Below the pieces are notes generated by a model that had not been told where the DNA came from, did not search any database, and was given only the letters and a program-made list of their open reading frames with translations. A program made the translations under genes and the position numbers. Shown here one piece after another: positions 1 to 14,231 of a stretch of 64,000 nucleotides of DNA (its first letter is position 1; every line of letters begins with the position of its first letter). The DNA is from Lingula anatina (lineage: Eukaryota > Animalia > Brachiopoda): positions 19,902,001 through 19,966,000 of the forward strand of contig CM120640.1 of assembly GCA_051362555.1 (NCBI GenBank), read 5' to 3'.

Positions 1-3000
1 ATAGAAGAAAAAAAAATCTCAACTCAGGTGTCTGAGATATAGGGGCAGCCATTATTGATTTCCAATGATACATAAATGTTGACTTCTTTAAATGTTAAGC
101 AGCTTTAAGCACCCCCAAATCCCTCATCTGCAATCTGTCCCAGATGTAACAAAGGCCGGCTATGTTTCTATGGTCACAGGTGAGTGTCCCCCATTATTAA
201 AGGAGCACACTACAGAACAGGAGGAGGCATCTTTCATATTTCATTTTTACAGATGTCAGAACAAATGCCGACAATCATAATGGTGCATCACTGGAGGTGA
301 CGGTCATGGGTCGGTGATTGACTTGATTAAAGCTCCCGTTTGCCGAAGTCAATGCCAGAGATAATGAGGTAATCACGACAATTTACATGCCGCAATAGAC
401 AGTGCCGTTCAACACACAATGATCCTCTAGGTCCAAATATGACAATCTGTATTGTTGACTCTTTAAACACAGGGGCATTTAATCAAAAGGGTAAGCAGCA
501 ATGTCATTAGATGAATATAGACCAGAAAGCTTCAGGGAACAAAAGCCTTGGACCAAGCCCAAATGGTTTTCATTGTAGGACCCCTGACAGTCCCCTCCTT
601 TGATCTTGTGAGGAGGACAAAACTTGCTCATTATGCAGCTGAAGTGCTAGAATGCTACATAGTTTGTCAATTTGTTGCCCACCTTCATGGCGTAATCATG
701 AAATTGCCAGGTGACATAATCGAGCCAACAGGTAGTATTTTGGGAATAGTTTGCCTTTGGTGATCTAAGTGGCCATTTAAAGGGCTGGTTACAGCACCTT
801 CTTCCCAGTGTGTGGAAGTTGAGTGTGGCAGACTTGGCAAGCGAAGGTGCAGGTGGCTCCACAGACTTTTCAGGCAAAAACTCCCAGTGGTTCCACTCTG
901 CAGATCATGACTGATAGGGACCGGACTTTTTGTGGTGGTTTGATGGAGCAATATTGACACCGACAGAAAAAGTTCTCACATTAAAGATGATGAATTACCA
1001 TATTTTTCTGACATGTCTCTTTTAAAGGGGAAAACTGAAACATAACCCCTTCTTGGTGACGAAAACAAAATAAATTTAAGGCATAGTTTGCCATGTCACA
1101 GACATCATAAGGGCTATTCCTGGCCTAATTAAACACATTAACTACCACAAATAAATCAAGAAAACAATAAATACACTACTGCAATAATTCATGAATAAAT
1201 ACAAAGTAAGTACTATTCATAATGCTACAAAAGAGATTTTGGTTGACTGTTCATCATCAAGCATTTGACAAAATTCTGAAATGAGAATGAGAACTTACTA
1301 CAAAAACAACTTAACATATACAAAACAAATATATGTAAAAGTTTTATCCATACCATATCTATTATAAATACATATATACCTGCTAGAGTCAGCATACTTC
1401 ACAGCCACAAACTTGTGTTTTTCTTAAAACCTGTTCTTTTTTTAAAGAACTGTCTGACCTGGACATTACAATCTGGCATCATGCAGACAAAATGGGGCTC
1501 AAATCTGTGAACACTACATTACTCTCAAAATCTAAATTTGCGTCGTCATTACAGACATCATTATTATACTCCAAACCTTTCTTCAGTTTTTTTGTGAATA
1601 GCACAACTACTGCTTGAACCCCCCAATGCTGTTCTGTTGTTTGACATAGGGTGGTTCCAAACCCATCTCCATTGTCTATGACCCTGACAGGCCCCATTCC
1701 CTAATCCAGGCAGTCTATTAAAAGGATTTTCTCATGCTTTCTAACTTCTTAAAAAATAATAGCATGGAGGTCTTCCGCAAATTTCTTTTTTCATAAGCTT
1801 TTATTCCAGTCGCAAAATTACAGAAATTTAAAAGGAAGTCTAACATGAAATCACTGCATGAGTCCCCCTTCTCTGCTCTAAATCATGTTGGATTGAAAAG
1901 ATTTGACAAGCATTGTAGAGTATTATCAGAATGCACAACATTGAAAGATAGTCAACCCGAAATGACCCCAGCCATTAAAAATCTTCAAACAACAATAATA
2001 GCACCATGTTCTGTGGTTGGAAATTTACCAATGGAGATTTTTTTAGGAAGAATGTGAAGAACTGATCGCTGGGCTGATTTTTCAAGCACTTCACAATCCT
2101 ACCTTACTCATTTTTTATGCTGGTCAGGAAACATCTACCACGCTGTGTTTGACGTAGCTACAAATATAGGCCTTTGGCTTTCCTGATAACTTTTAATTTT
2201 ACTAATACTAACTAAACTTACCCACAGGGTCAAATACGTATCCTGCAGTGACTGGCTGTAATGAACTATTTCAGTGTCAGTGACCACGGGGGTCAAGTGT
2301 CCAATAAGATGTCTCACCATTATGGTTATCACAGGCTAACAGATATTATACATAATACTATCAAAAGCAACTCATATATCAAGTGTAATATCAGAAAGCA
2401 TCCACAGCTAATGTGCAACTCATTATATATTACTAGAAATAAATATTTACTGGCAATTATTTGATCAGCAAAAGTGAGACAAGAGTGGGCAGCTTCTGAT
2501 ACTGACACCATCACAGAACTATAGATGTTGTAACTGAGACCTGCTGTAGTACTCCATTAGTTCAGAGCATCATACTTTCATGCTGGTTTATAATTTCCTA
2601 TTTAAAAAAATCACTGTACTTTGGAACCACTTCCACTCTAGTTGTCTTCCATCTTTCCACGTGCAATGTCAATCAACCATGGCTGAAGTGTCACAGAGGT
2701 CATGCTTTGACACCTCTTGGCTTAACCAGTACACCAGTGTGTTCACACACCCCACTTTACTCGGGGACCTTTTTTCTATGACAGTCATTCAAATGCAGTT
2801 CAATAATTCAAACCAATGGTGTTGACACTCTTTGCATTTCCCCTCTACAACTGGGTAGTAAAAATGATTTTTGTATGCCCGAGGGAGAGTCTTGGCCAAG
2901 AACTGGTGGTGACGTATCAACAATGTTTGTAGATTTAGATTGGGAATGCAGTAAGCAAATAGAATTTTCAGAACTGCACCCGAAGAGAATGTTTTTGGAT

Positions 3001-4537
3001 TCAATCACACTCTTTTCTGAACAAATATAGTCGCTTGAGCAATGGCTACATGAGTACAAAATGTAATTTCACAGTTTTACCCCTCTCTTCACAAATACAA
3101 TGCCTGGAACAAATACTCACTTATAATAGGTTTCAGAAAGCTCTATAAATCTCACACTCCTCTCGTGACAAAACAAAAAAGATCAGAGTTCCAGGAAAGA
3201 CAATCTGTTCAAGGATCTTCATATCAATTGTATCCACCTTCTTCCTTCTTCAGTTCTTTTTCAATAAGATCTCAATTTGACTAATTTATTTGCCACACTT
3301 CTTTCACTTTACATGCCTCTTTTGACTGCTGGTTGATCAGCAGTCTTTTATTAACAGCTTGGCTCGCGTGCTGGTATGGGTAATATTTTCTGCCAGTGTT
3401 CAACCAAAGATACAGTACTGTGATAAATTGTGACAGGACACACCAACTTGTCTACTGGATTGGGGTCCAACAAAGGAAGACTTAATTGCTGATAATGTAA
3501 GGATAACTGTAAATTGCAGCTTTTTCCACCTCTTTCTCTTATTGGCTTATCTGCCATTTCATGCAGTTCTGATTATTTGATGAAGTTTCATCAACCATTG
3601 TTCACATTTTTAAAGGTAGTCATCTGATAATTTTTTATGGACCTTTTTCATGTTAAAACTGTAGGGTGGTCTGAAACGGAACAGCCACACAAATGAGTTT
3701 CCACTGCAAAAAAGATTTAATTACTGATTGATTAATTCATCAGACATCTTTTGAGTGCTTTTTATGTAAACTACCATAAAACCTAATGGAAGACTGCTTT
3801 TAATGATAAAAAAAATCATCACACCTACATATCCAGGGATGAGCATTTCTTCGTCCAACTTGATCAGTAATCGTTATGCAAGAATATTATCTTAAAAATA
3901 TTTAAGGCACATTCTGTAATTAAGTTTCCTTATCATTTTTACTAATATAAACTAAACTGTTAATGGGGCCACTTTCTTTAACTGCCGGGGGAAACACTTT
4001 AATATACTGAAGAAACACTCAAGAGGGAACAGACCTCTTCCAAGGAAGCTCAATTCTCAATATTATCAATCAATTAGTGAATGGATGAGTAATCAATGTT
4101 TCACCACCAAAATCTAAGTGATTCAAAGTTATCCCATTTCTGACCTATCCTGGAATTTTTATCAAAATCTTGAGTTAGGTTGTTGACTAACAAACCAACA
4201 AAAGGTAAAACCATAACCTCATTGGTAAAGGTAACAATGCACACTGTGGTCATGACCCCTCCCCCTTCCGTGGTATGGCCCATTGGCCCTGAAATTCACC
4301 AAGCAAATCTGAATATGGTTTGGGAAACACCCTTAAGAAAATGAATTTTTTGTCATGAGTCATAACTGAGTTATTCCAGATTATCTGTCTTCAGAAACTT
4401 GCATTGTTCTGGAATTGAAAATCATTTAGAATTGTGAAACTGCTCTTCCACATTTTCCTCCAGAAAAGTGACCAAAAATTGTGTCGATAAATGTAGTCAA
4501 TAGTTTTTTAGACAGGGTTTGGAGTATGTAAACTTAC

Positions 4538-4653
4538 CATCAGTTGTCCCATTGGTCTGTAGAGTATTGTGACTATGTTGACTGGGAGAATCAGTATTGT
4601 TACATGTATCTATCTGGCCTGCTGGACTCAATGTTTGAAGCTCTGTTGATGAC
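4538..4653 (-). CDS. eya: Coding exon (116 nt) of the same putative Eya gene: SSTELQTLSPAGQIDTCNNTDSPSQHSHNTLQTNGTTD
   Basis: Seen: cttgttattgtacag|GTCATCAACAGAG...GGGACAACTGATG|gtaagt. Only the phase-2-in/phase-1-out frame is stop-free. Recalled: the EYA1/EYA4 exon R|SMEMQDL(T/A)SP...(T/P)NGT(E/G)| has the same phases, a similar length, and the S-x-E-x-Q-x-L-SP and NGT motifs. Confidence 0.75.
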
Positions 4654-7521
4654 CTGTACAATAACAAGGACGGTTAAACAAATATGCATCAAACAATTTG
4701 CTTGAAATATTTTTCTGTTTTTGGCTGATAACAAGATTCACTTTTCAGCTCTTACCTTTCTTAGTAACATCTACAAAGTAATCATAACAAATAATATTCT
4801 ATGAGCAAAAAAAAAAAAAAAAACTAACAAAATTACTTACAAAAATGTCACCTACTACATCTATAAGACAAAACACAAAATTATACCACAAAGAACCTTT
4901 TCATTTTTTTACAAATTTGACATAAATTGTTCACACACAAAGCCATTGGCCTCACTAGAATACAACAATCACATGCACACATCCAACCCTCTGCCACAAT
5001 CAGGAAAACAAGTCTCAATCAAAGCATTCCAATTTACTAGGTTAATAATATCAAAATACTTGCCCCACCTTTTACCCCTGATGCCACACTTACTTGATGT
5101 GAAACAGGGGTGGTGTAGAGGTACTTCTCAATAAAACAATCCCATAAAGAAGAATAGGAAGGGGTCAAACCTGCCCTAATCAAATGGTCAATGAGCAGCA
5201 CTGACCCAAACCTCCTAAGGTTAAAGTAATTAAGATTCTGAATCAAATCTAGCCATCTGGTCATTCTACTTGTGAACACTTTGATTATGGACAATTGTTT
5301 ATTAAATGTATCATTTTTGAAAATTTCAACAATGATAAGAATTTGATATGTGTGTTGAACAATTAATTTTGACTCTCAGTATTGCTGCTCTTCCTTCTAT
5401 AATCACCTATTTTCGGAGATGTGGGTAAAGAAGGAAAAGGATAAAAGGGAGAGGACTGTAGTATGCATAACAATCAGATCAGACACTCCCTTCCAATACC
5501 TTAAAGAAGGAGTGTAAATTTTCTATATAAAGTACCTGCTTGAACAACCCTTTGTTCAACATGACACATCCTAGATATGACTTTCATGGTTTTTACATTA
5601 AACTTACTGCAGGTTACGTACCCTGAATTGACAGTTATCTAACCTCCATCCAGTGGCAAAGATACAATGATTAAAGAGGTGAGTTTCCAGAAGACTCCAA
5701 CGCTCGAGGTGATGCAGGTATGCCCTTAGTATATCACCTTGTCTTAATTGCATTAATTAGCTGCACCAACATGCAAACTCTACGCAGTCCTCTTGAAAGA
5801 AGTATAATACAAGTTCTATGCAGGTAAATGTGTGACTGGGATCGGTTTACTTCATTCTTATCAACCAAACAGCTATAAATATAAAACCACAGACTTATTT
5901 TCGTGGTATACATACAATGATTGAAGCAGCAAAAAGCAATGAAATGGCCACTACATTGTTCTATAAGGTGGTTTGGAAAGCATCTGTCTCGCAATGACAA
6001 CAAAGCAGCGGATGATAAATATATGGTATTGCTCACGATACTGGATATATATATTGGATATTTTTCATCATTTTTGCTTTGAATGTCTCAACCACATCCT
6101 TTATCACTCCTGTCAGATTTTTAATAAGTCTATGGCAAAGGTAGAACCAAGCTGTTCTGTTTTTTGACTGATGACATATTTTCAATTGAGAGATGAAAGG
6201 GGGTGAAGTGAGGGGTGGGGTGGTGTCCTTTGATAAAGCACCTGTTTTGTGGGAACTGTTCTAAATATTGATAGAGCACGATAAGCAGAAAAGCATGAAA
6301 AGACAATCAATTGAGTCCTAATTTCACTTCCCTTTGCACACAGGCATAACACACATAACCGATAAGGCAAGCTTGCCAGGAATACACATCTACCAGTCAG
6401 GGGAATAATAAATCTGCATGCTTGTCAGAAAATCATAAAAAGACCAGTTCACTGTTGAGTGAGGTGGCACATGGGTAGCATACTTCTTCTGCTTAGCTAA
6501 AAATGTGTTGGTGCTGTGAAAAAATAACTTCATTCTTTTTGAGCTAGATGCTCCCTGAGCTCCAGAAGCAGGTGAACTTATTTGGCACATGACTGACAAA
6601 AATGGCTACTGAGTGACACTGGCAATTGGTGGGTTGGTTCGCCTGGTAGCAGGTCAAATCCACAGCACAGGTCCTGGGTCCCACACACTGCTGCTACCAC
6701 GATCCCACTTAAGATAAGTGCTGTACCATGCCAGGCACAGTGGCTAAACAGCCCACAGCAAACGGAACTTCCTCAAACAAGATGTTTGCTCTATCATTCT
6801 AATCTTAAAATGTTGAGACAGAAAACATTATTGAATTGTTCCTGTCTCTCAAATGCTGAACCACGGAAAGTTTCATGCAAAGACCACGCAGTGTTCAACT
6901 TATTAAGTGCCCCAGTGTTCCTACAAAGACGTACAACTTTATTAATGAAGCCTCAGCTTTCTGAAAGAAAAGACAGACCAAAGACAATTACTAGGTCCAC
7001 GCGATTTAGTTCCAGATACGGCATGAGCCACAGTGGGGTGTCAATAGTTCATCTCAGTCTTTGTCAGCTCCAACTGTTTTGCTTTTTTTTAAGTGTGACA
7101 ATAGCAGTGTCTGCAATTCTTTACAATTGGTAAGCAAACTGATGGGGGGATTTTTTTCTCCCAATATTCTTTGGCACCATTAAAAGTTGGTGTTGTAGTC
7201 CTATCAGCTTGACAGACGTCAACCCCTTCAGAGCCCTGTTTATGTTGATGCCAATGCACCAAGGAAAAGTCACTGAGAAAGGCAAAGAATTATCCACGTA
7301 TATTTTTTCTCCCACACACTACACACCCTTTTGCCACTGACCCACAGAGAGCTGGGTACTGTCAACAAAGTGAAAATCTACGCACTGTATCTTTGATCTA
7401 GTGAGCAAGACTCAACACCTTTAATTGTAGCATGACACCTCTGAATATGAAATTGAAAATAACCTAACAGCCAAACTATGCAAAAAAATTGGAAGACACA
7501 ACTGTGATCTTAGAAAGAAGT

Positions 7522-7662
7522 CTGAAAGTGAAAGAGAAATTCGATATTTAAAAAGAAAATATAACTGTCTAAGGGAAATCAACCATAAGAGAGAAAACTG
7601 AAAGTGAAAGAGAAATTTGATATTAAAAGAGAAAATATATCTGTCGTAGGGAAATCAACCAT
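7522..7662. repeat. Near-tandem duplication, 65 bp x2, period 76
   Basis: ctgaaagtgaaagagaaatt...agggaaatcaaccat at 7522-7586 and 7598-7662, with 6 mismatches. Confidence 0.9.
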
Positions 7663-10600
7663 TCCCTATCAGCAGCATCTCTAAATATACTGAAAAATCT
7701 TTCAGCAGGTTCATAGAATATCTGAACCCAAAACTACCACCTACCACAACATTGACGGGTAAATTTCCACCAAGCACTGCTACTGGAACTGCAAAATTCT
7801 TCAGTATTGAAATATCCAATGGTACTGCTTTTGGTGAAGACTTCTAACCATCACTGTGATCTATACTGTATCACAATAATACAAAATGTCTCTGCCTTTT
7901 CACTTATGTGATCCAACTCCTAATACCAGTTTACTTTAGTTGGGCAATACTTGGCCTCCCCTCTTTCTGTATCCTTTTCAGCATCTGACAGTGACAAGGC
8001 CCAGGGAACAGAAAAAGGTGCAGGTCCGTTGCATAAGGCATTGATAGATGACTTTGCACCACTCTTTACCACTGCTAGCCATTGGTCAAGTATGAAAGAG
8101 GTGGTGGACAATAGGGAGACAATGATCGCACCATTTAAAGCTGACTCTTTGAATACAGGCATTGATTCTGCGGTCCTACCCCTCGAGACCATTTGGCACG
8201 GATGGATGGGTTCAAAATGGAGTTGTGAAGACGGGTTACGAAATTCTTCACAATGCCCTTTTATGAACTAAGATGCATGTTAACTTTCAAACTTTCTCAA
8301 ACTGGGTGCAGCAGCAAATAAACAGGAATGAAGTCCCGAGAAGGACAATTATCGCAATAAATTGGACAGATCAAGATAAGTCTCGTCTCAACAACAAAAT
8401 AATACAGGTGGTCTTATATATGAGCTACCTGCAGCAATTATGGCAATACCCCAGTCAAAAAACAGACAGATACACACACTACCTAACATATTAGCCAAGG
8501 TTTATATTGTTGATGATATTTATCTCCATTACAAAAAAATTGTTAAACACTGTTAATTCATCCTCCTCTAAAGAATGAAGCAAGAACATAAAAGGTCGGA
8601 AAACCATTAGGAAGGCCTCAGACAACCCGATCTTTCATAGAATTAAAGTCAAGTTAAAATGTGTGTCATCTTTTTAGACATTTTACTCCAGTTGACCACT
8701 GCATTGCGTTTACCTCTCAAAGTCCATGTCCAAACCTAGAATGGTCACCTGTGGTCAAAACAGTCTGTGTTTCAAGATGTATTTTCACAGACAGTCCAGC
8801 ATCACCTTCAGCAGTAAACATCATGGCAAAGTCACTTGCACCTTGAACGTTTCTTCAGCCAGAGCGACCAATTTGCATGCTACAAAAAGATTCAAGTCGA
8901 TCGATCCGAATGGCATTTTAACATTTCCAACTTCTTTTAAAAATTGAACAGACTCTTATCTTGCCAGCTTTTGTATGGGACAACTGATTTTAACATGCTG
9001 CTATTGACAGAGTATGCATGATCAGTGATGCACACCTTCCTCACAAAATGTCAAGAACCGAGGTCATGATGTTTTTCAAACATGGTTTATTGTTTACGGG
9101 AGGCTCACAGACAGAACTTAGCTGAGGGAGGGGTCCCTTTAAGTACCCTCCTGTGTGATTTAGGACACAGAGAACAAGTAACATTTTTTCTTTCACAAGA
9201 CATATCCTTGGCCTTATATGTCTTCTTTAAAACTTTACAAAAAATATTAAAAAAACAAAAATAATAAGAACGAAATAAAAGAAGAGTAACATTCAACTTA
9301 TATTCTGTATCTGTGAAGTATTAATTATTTTCTGCTTCTTGTTTTTATATAATAAATATCTTTGTTCTTTATAATTATTATTATTATTATTATTTTGCTT
9401 AAATACTCTAAAAAAGTGCAACCATCTTATTTTCCCTTCAATTTTTCATTAACAAACTTTGCAACATCTTAAGATACCTTAAATCAAAACTTTCAACAAA
9501 GGTCCATCACCTTCATAAAACTGAAGCCTTTCAATCCAGCTTATGGCTGACATCCAATTTAAACGATCAATTTTAATCAGACTGACAGAAATCACCTTAA
9601 CCTCGAGAACACTGAAAGTGTTTTGTTTGAGATGTGCTCTCTTTTCATTTCAACCCGCTTGGCTACAAAATGTTTTTATTTGATAGCATACAAATCTCAG
9701 CAAAACTCATTTGTGCTGTATTTCTGATAACTGCATATATACAAACCTCGTCCTTTGCAGCAAGTTGAATTAAAAACAGGAGAAACAAAATCCATGACCT
9801 TTTCAGGGTCCCCAGCTCAGGAAATGACAAGAGGAATCCTAGGTTATCAGGACTACTGTAAAAATGTTCCACACTTGTCTGTTCATGTATTCGACACACT
9901 TGAGATACTTCAGTGGGAGGTTCATGACATGTTTTCCACCCAGAACACTGATTAGTAACAGTGCAAGAGGAAGCCTGCTCCAACAGGAAGGCTAGATGAC
10001 ATTCAGACAATGTCTTAGAAAAGCTAACCATAAAGCCACCTCATACTCCATCTCATCCATATTTCATAATTACAAAGGACAGGTGGGAAATTGTCTTCCT
10101 GATTATTGTTAATATCAAGAGGGTTTTGATTCGATTGGTCTGCTAATTGCTATTAAACCCATTGTATGAGTCTGAGGATGAAAAGAGATTATCGTAATTT
10201 CTTGAGTTTAGAACCAGCCTGAAGAACAATTTAACAGCAATGTTTTTGACACAATATACGTTTTTGTCTTTTTTTTTCATATAAATGTATAAATGGAGCA
10301 TTTGTTAATGCCATAGGACTTTAGTGCATAATTATTTCTGTGCACAATACCATGAGCAATTAAGCAACTGATTAGATCAATCATAGAAAAAATACATGGA
10401 AGAGAATTTGCTAGGAGAGATGGCAGCTTTTGATATTTTTCAGACAGGCATAACCTGTTTTTTATAATGCACAGATGAATGCTACATTTCTCAATATTTC
10501 ACAAGTTTCACATCAAAGCAAATACCCCCTCCCCCCCCCCAATAAAAAATCTTTTAAACGAAATGTCAGTGTTTGTTTTATGACGACACAATATTCTATG

Positions 10601-12145
10601 CATAGAAAGACAACAAAGAAGCGTATATACAAGAGAAAAAATTCTAAAAAGAAAGAAGAAAAAAAAAGTGCAATTGTGAATCAAAAGTCACTCCCATCCT
10701 GAGGAAATTTTTAATTAGCAGTGCAAAAAGGCGATGATGTTTTCCACGCCATTTTCCCCGCTGTGCAGTCGATGAAGTCGTAGTGCCTCTCTACAGGAGC
10801 TGGGTACAGAAATTACAGACTTTATTTTCTCATGAATACTACCAGCTGTTTTTTGAAAACTTAGCATATGGCTGCACATCTTCTTGCCTTTTGTATTTTC
10901 TGAAGCACGCCTCTTTAAAAAGCAACCATTTTGTCAATTTCTTTGTGTAGTGTCCAAATGGTAACTAAAAATCAAAGTAATCATCAGACTGCAATTTATT
11001 TGTTTCCTAAATTTTCATTTAAAATTAAACCCTAGAGGTAAAGTGTAGACTTCTTAACAGACTCCATTACATTTTCCAAATTAATAATGTTGCTGAAACT
11101 GGTGAAAAACTAATCAGATTTCAATTTTGTGTTTACTTTTCTAGAAAGAGAAAAGCTTGAATTATCTAAGACTTATGTCATTTTTTCAAAAGTTTTACAT
11201 GTAAATTAGTTACATAAAGATATGACAATGATAAATCATACTGTCACCATGGTGACCAAATGACCATGCCACTAGAAAACTGATTCGTCTGCCAAATGCA
11301 AAGTCTACAAACAAAGAAAACTGAGCAATAATTTCACACCTTTTCTATCCTTCTATCTCAGTTTTGATATTCAATGTAATCCCATCTCACACACAACTCT
11401 ATTTTAACACTGTGTATGCCTTTTTATCAATAATTAAATAACGAGAGAAACAGATATTCCTTGATTAAAATGCACATATGTGCAACAAAATCTCAAAAGC
11501 CTCTGTGACATCATTCATGATACAAACAAGTGGATATAAAGTTTCATAATAATAAAAAAAACTGATTCATAGTGGGAAGCTGGCAATAACAGTTTGTGCA
11601 TTATTGGTATCTTCCCATGAAATCAGTAGTACATGGGACAGACAGCATATTTAACAAGGTTAGATCCATTAAACCCCAAAAATCAAAGCAAACCACAGTG
11701 AAACCTTTTAACAACTACTGCAAAATGTAAAATAATCACAACAAAGAACTGCACATGTCAAGTAAAGTCATTGCAACTTAGTTTGAAACATCTACTGAAA
11801 AACACCTCATGAAAAGCCCAGAATGCCTCTCTTTCCAAACCAGACTGTTCACTAACTCGTTTATGCATCATCATGAACCCAAGAATGCAGTATTTTACAG
11901 CACTTTAATTAAGCAGGTCAATATACAAATCACCTCCAGTAATACTTCTTCAAAGTAACTGTTATTTTAAGGACAGAAGCATTGAAATTTACACGTTTTT
12001 TTCTCCAACAATGATACATAATTTTTGGATACATTACAAAAATCAAGTCACAATTTCCGACACGTCTCATATGTTTGCTGCAAAAATTACAAAACATGCT
12101 CTTGTGTGGGCATTAAATTATTTACAGTACTTGGTGAAATCTTAC

Positions 12146-12222
12146 AAAAAGCCAGGCTCATTGTTGTGGCTGGTGCCAGTACTACTGATAGTAATCCCTT
12201 TACAAACCACTCTAAACTCCAT
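12146..12222 (-). CDS. Candidate alternative first coding exon: MEFRVVCKGITISSTGTSHNNEPGF(L)
   Basis: ctcATGG start with an upstream in-frame stop, 25 codons + 2 nt, then TTT|gtaaga; phase 2 fits the 4653 acceptor. The exonic side of the donor is weak. Confidence 0.2.
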
Positions 12223-13369
12223 GAGTATCCAACAAGTGTACCATTAACCACTGAGTCCTCAGTCTGCTTTGTTGTGTCTGTGTGACCATTTTGTTTTGTT
12301 GTGAAACAACCAACAAAACAAACTATGTAATCTCCCAGATCAGACAGTTGGAATAATTTTGTATAAAAAAAGTTATGCAACAGATCAAGGTCTGTTGGTA
12401 GAAAATTTTGGCCCTTGGATCAATATTTGATATATTTAGCTACAAATCCTGTTTGACACTATTTGCTTACTTTTAAGTTGCTAGTGAAATTCACCGTGCG
12501 TAGTCAATGCCACTTGCTTTTCATTAGCAAATCTAAATTGCATCCAACTCTTTATTTTCCTCCTGATTACATAAATTGATCAAACTATTCTTCCACTAAA
12601 TTAATTCCCTTTTGTGGATGAAAAGTAATGGCTTTAACTCATTAGGTCCTCAGCCAGATCTGCAAGATTTTTGATTTTACGCTAGACCGGATGCTGCTCA
12701 AACACTAACAGTAAACATTGAGAAATAATGCACTGCATCTCCTAAGCACACAGGGCTACTGTCTCCCAGAAAATCCTCCCATAATAATCAAACTTTACAG
12801 AAGACAAACAATTAAACAAGGGTCTTTCAAAGTTAAATGTAAGGATTTTGCCTGGCAGGTGGTAAGTTAACAGACCAAACCGGCTGGAAAACAGGCACTG
12901 TTTGACCATAACACACAGCATCAATTCATATAGGAAATACATCTATGCTTCTACACTGAATAACTAAGAAAATCTTTAACTTTTTAAAACTTCTTTACAC
13001 TTATCCTTTTAATCTTAAAATCATTTTATTCCTAAAAATTAGATTAGATACGGTTCTGTACACATAATTCCCCTCTAAAAAGTAAGTTATCAATAATCAT
13101 ATTTTCATGTGTAATGGAGATGGACAGATCTTATCGAGAGAAATGAGGGGCAAATGAGGGGGATATAAGACCAGAGCCTACCTGAATAGATTTCACAAGA
13201 TACCCCTACATATCCAATTTTCACATGTACCAGTATTCAGAATTGTAATCCTTGGCTTTTTCCCAACAGAGCCACATGCCAGCACCCAAGCCGACAAGTA
13301 TTTTTGGACCCCCAATGTCAATTGTCATCACTGGCAGCAGCATAACAAGCAATAGGAATAGCATCTTAC

Positions 13370-13487
13370 CTTCTGTTTCTGCCACCGCCTCTGTAAATGG
13401 GACTGACAGCCGGACTGGGAGATCACAGTAGCTATCAGAGTTTATTTTCACAGAGGGTTCAGAAACTAGTCTTTGCTGCAAAGTCAT
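13370..13487 (-). CDS. Candidate alternative exon: either first exon MTLQQRLVSEPSVKINSDSYCDLPVRLSVPFTEAVAETE (phase 1) or a 21-nt cassette microexon at 13370-13390
   Basis: Strong donor AAG|gtaaga at 13369. The frame is open from ATG 13487. An internal acceptor cccatttacag at 13391 would give a 21-nt in-frame, stop-free exon. Confidence 0.3.
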
Positions 13488-14231
13488 AGAATGCCAACCA
13501 TGGCTTAATTGGCTACACCTTTAAATTACCTAACTATTGGTCAGCCTGCAGTTTGTAGGAGATGGTTTGGGTTAATCACCAACACCTTTGAAGTTACCTA
13601 ATTTTCAGTCAGGAGAAAGGGGAGCCAAAAGGAAGGGTTATTAATTCTATGTTGCCACTTACAGTTAATGTTCCATCAAGTACATGAAAGCCTAATAATA
13701 TACTGTACCCAGATAACAATGTGCCCATAATGTGGGGATTGTGCAATAGTGCTCAGGTTGTGATTACATGATGGGGTGAGATGGAGAATAAATAACTGAA
13801 GTTGGTTACATGGAGAGATAATTAGGAAGAATTCCACTTACAACATCCAAGATAAGGATATAATGGAAAGTTGTGCTGAGCAACAAACCCAAAATATACA
13901 AACCTAACCACATTCTTTCCTCACCAACTGGCAAAAGCTAAATTTCTTCATAGAATTATAATTATTTTATAGCTAAATTAACAAATAAACAACAAAAGAG
14001 AAATTGATATTCTTCATTTTCAGCCAAAAAATATAATCATCAGTCATTGGTATTGGCTTCTTAGTTCCTAGGTACAATGTACGGTCAATTCAAAGAGAGG
14101 AATTTTTTTTACTCCATATCATATTCTCTTTAAGAAAGAAAACAAATTTTACTCTTTTTGAAAAAATAAACAAGTTAGATAATATTATAAATACAGCACA
14201 TGAACAACATTCCCCAGCATCTCTAGAGTAC

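Noticed and set aside
1479-1697. ORF as the next Eya exon
   Set aside because: No phase-1 acceptor leads into the frame and there is no donor or Eya-like motif. No convincing downstream exon was found anywhere in 1-4537.
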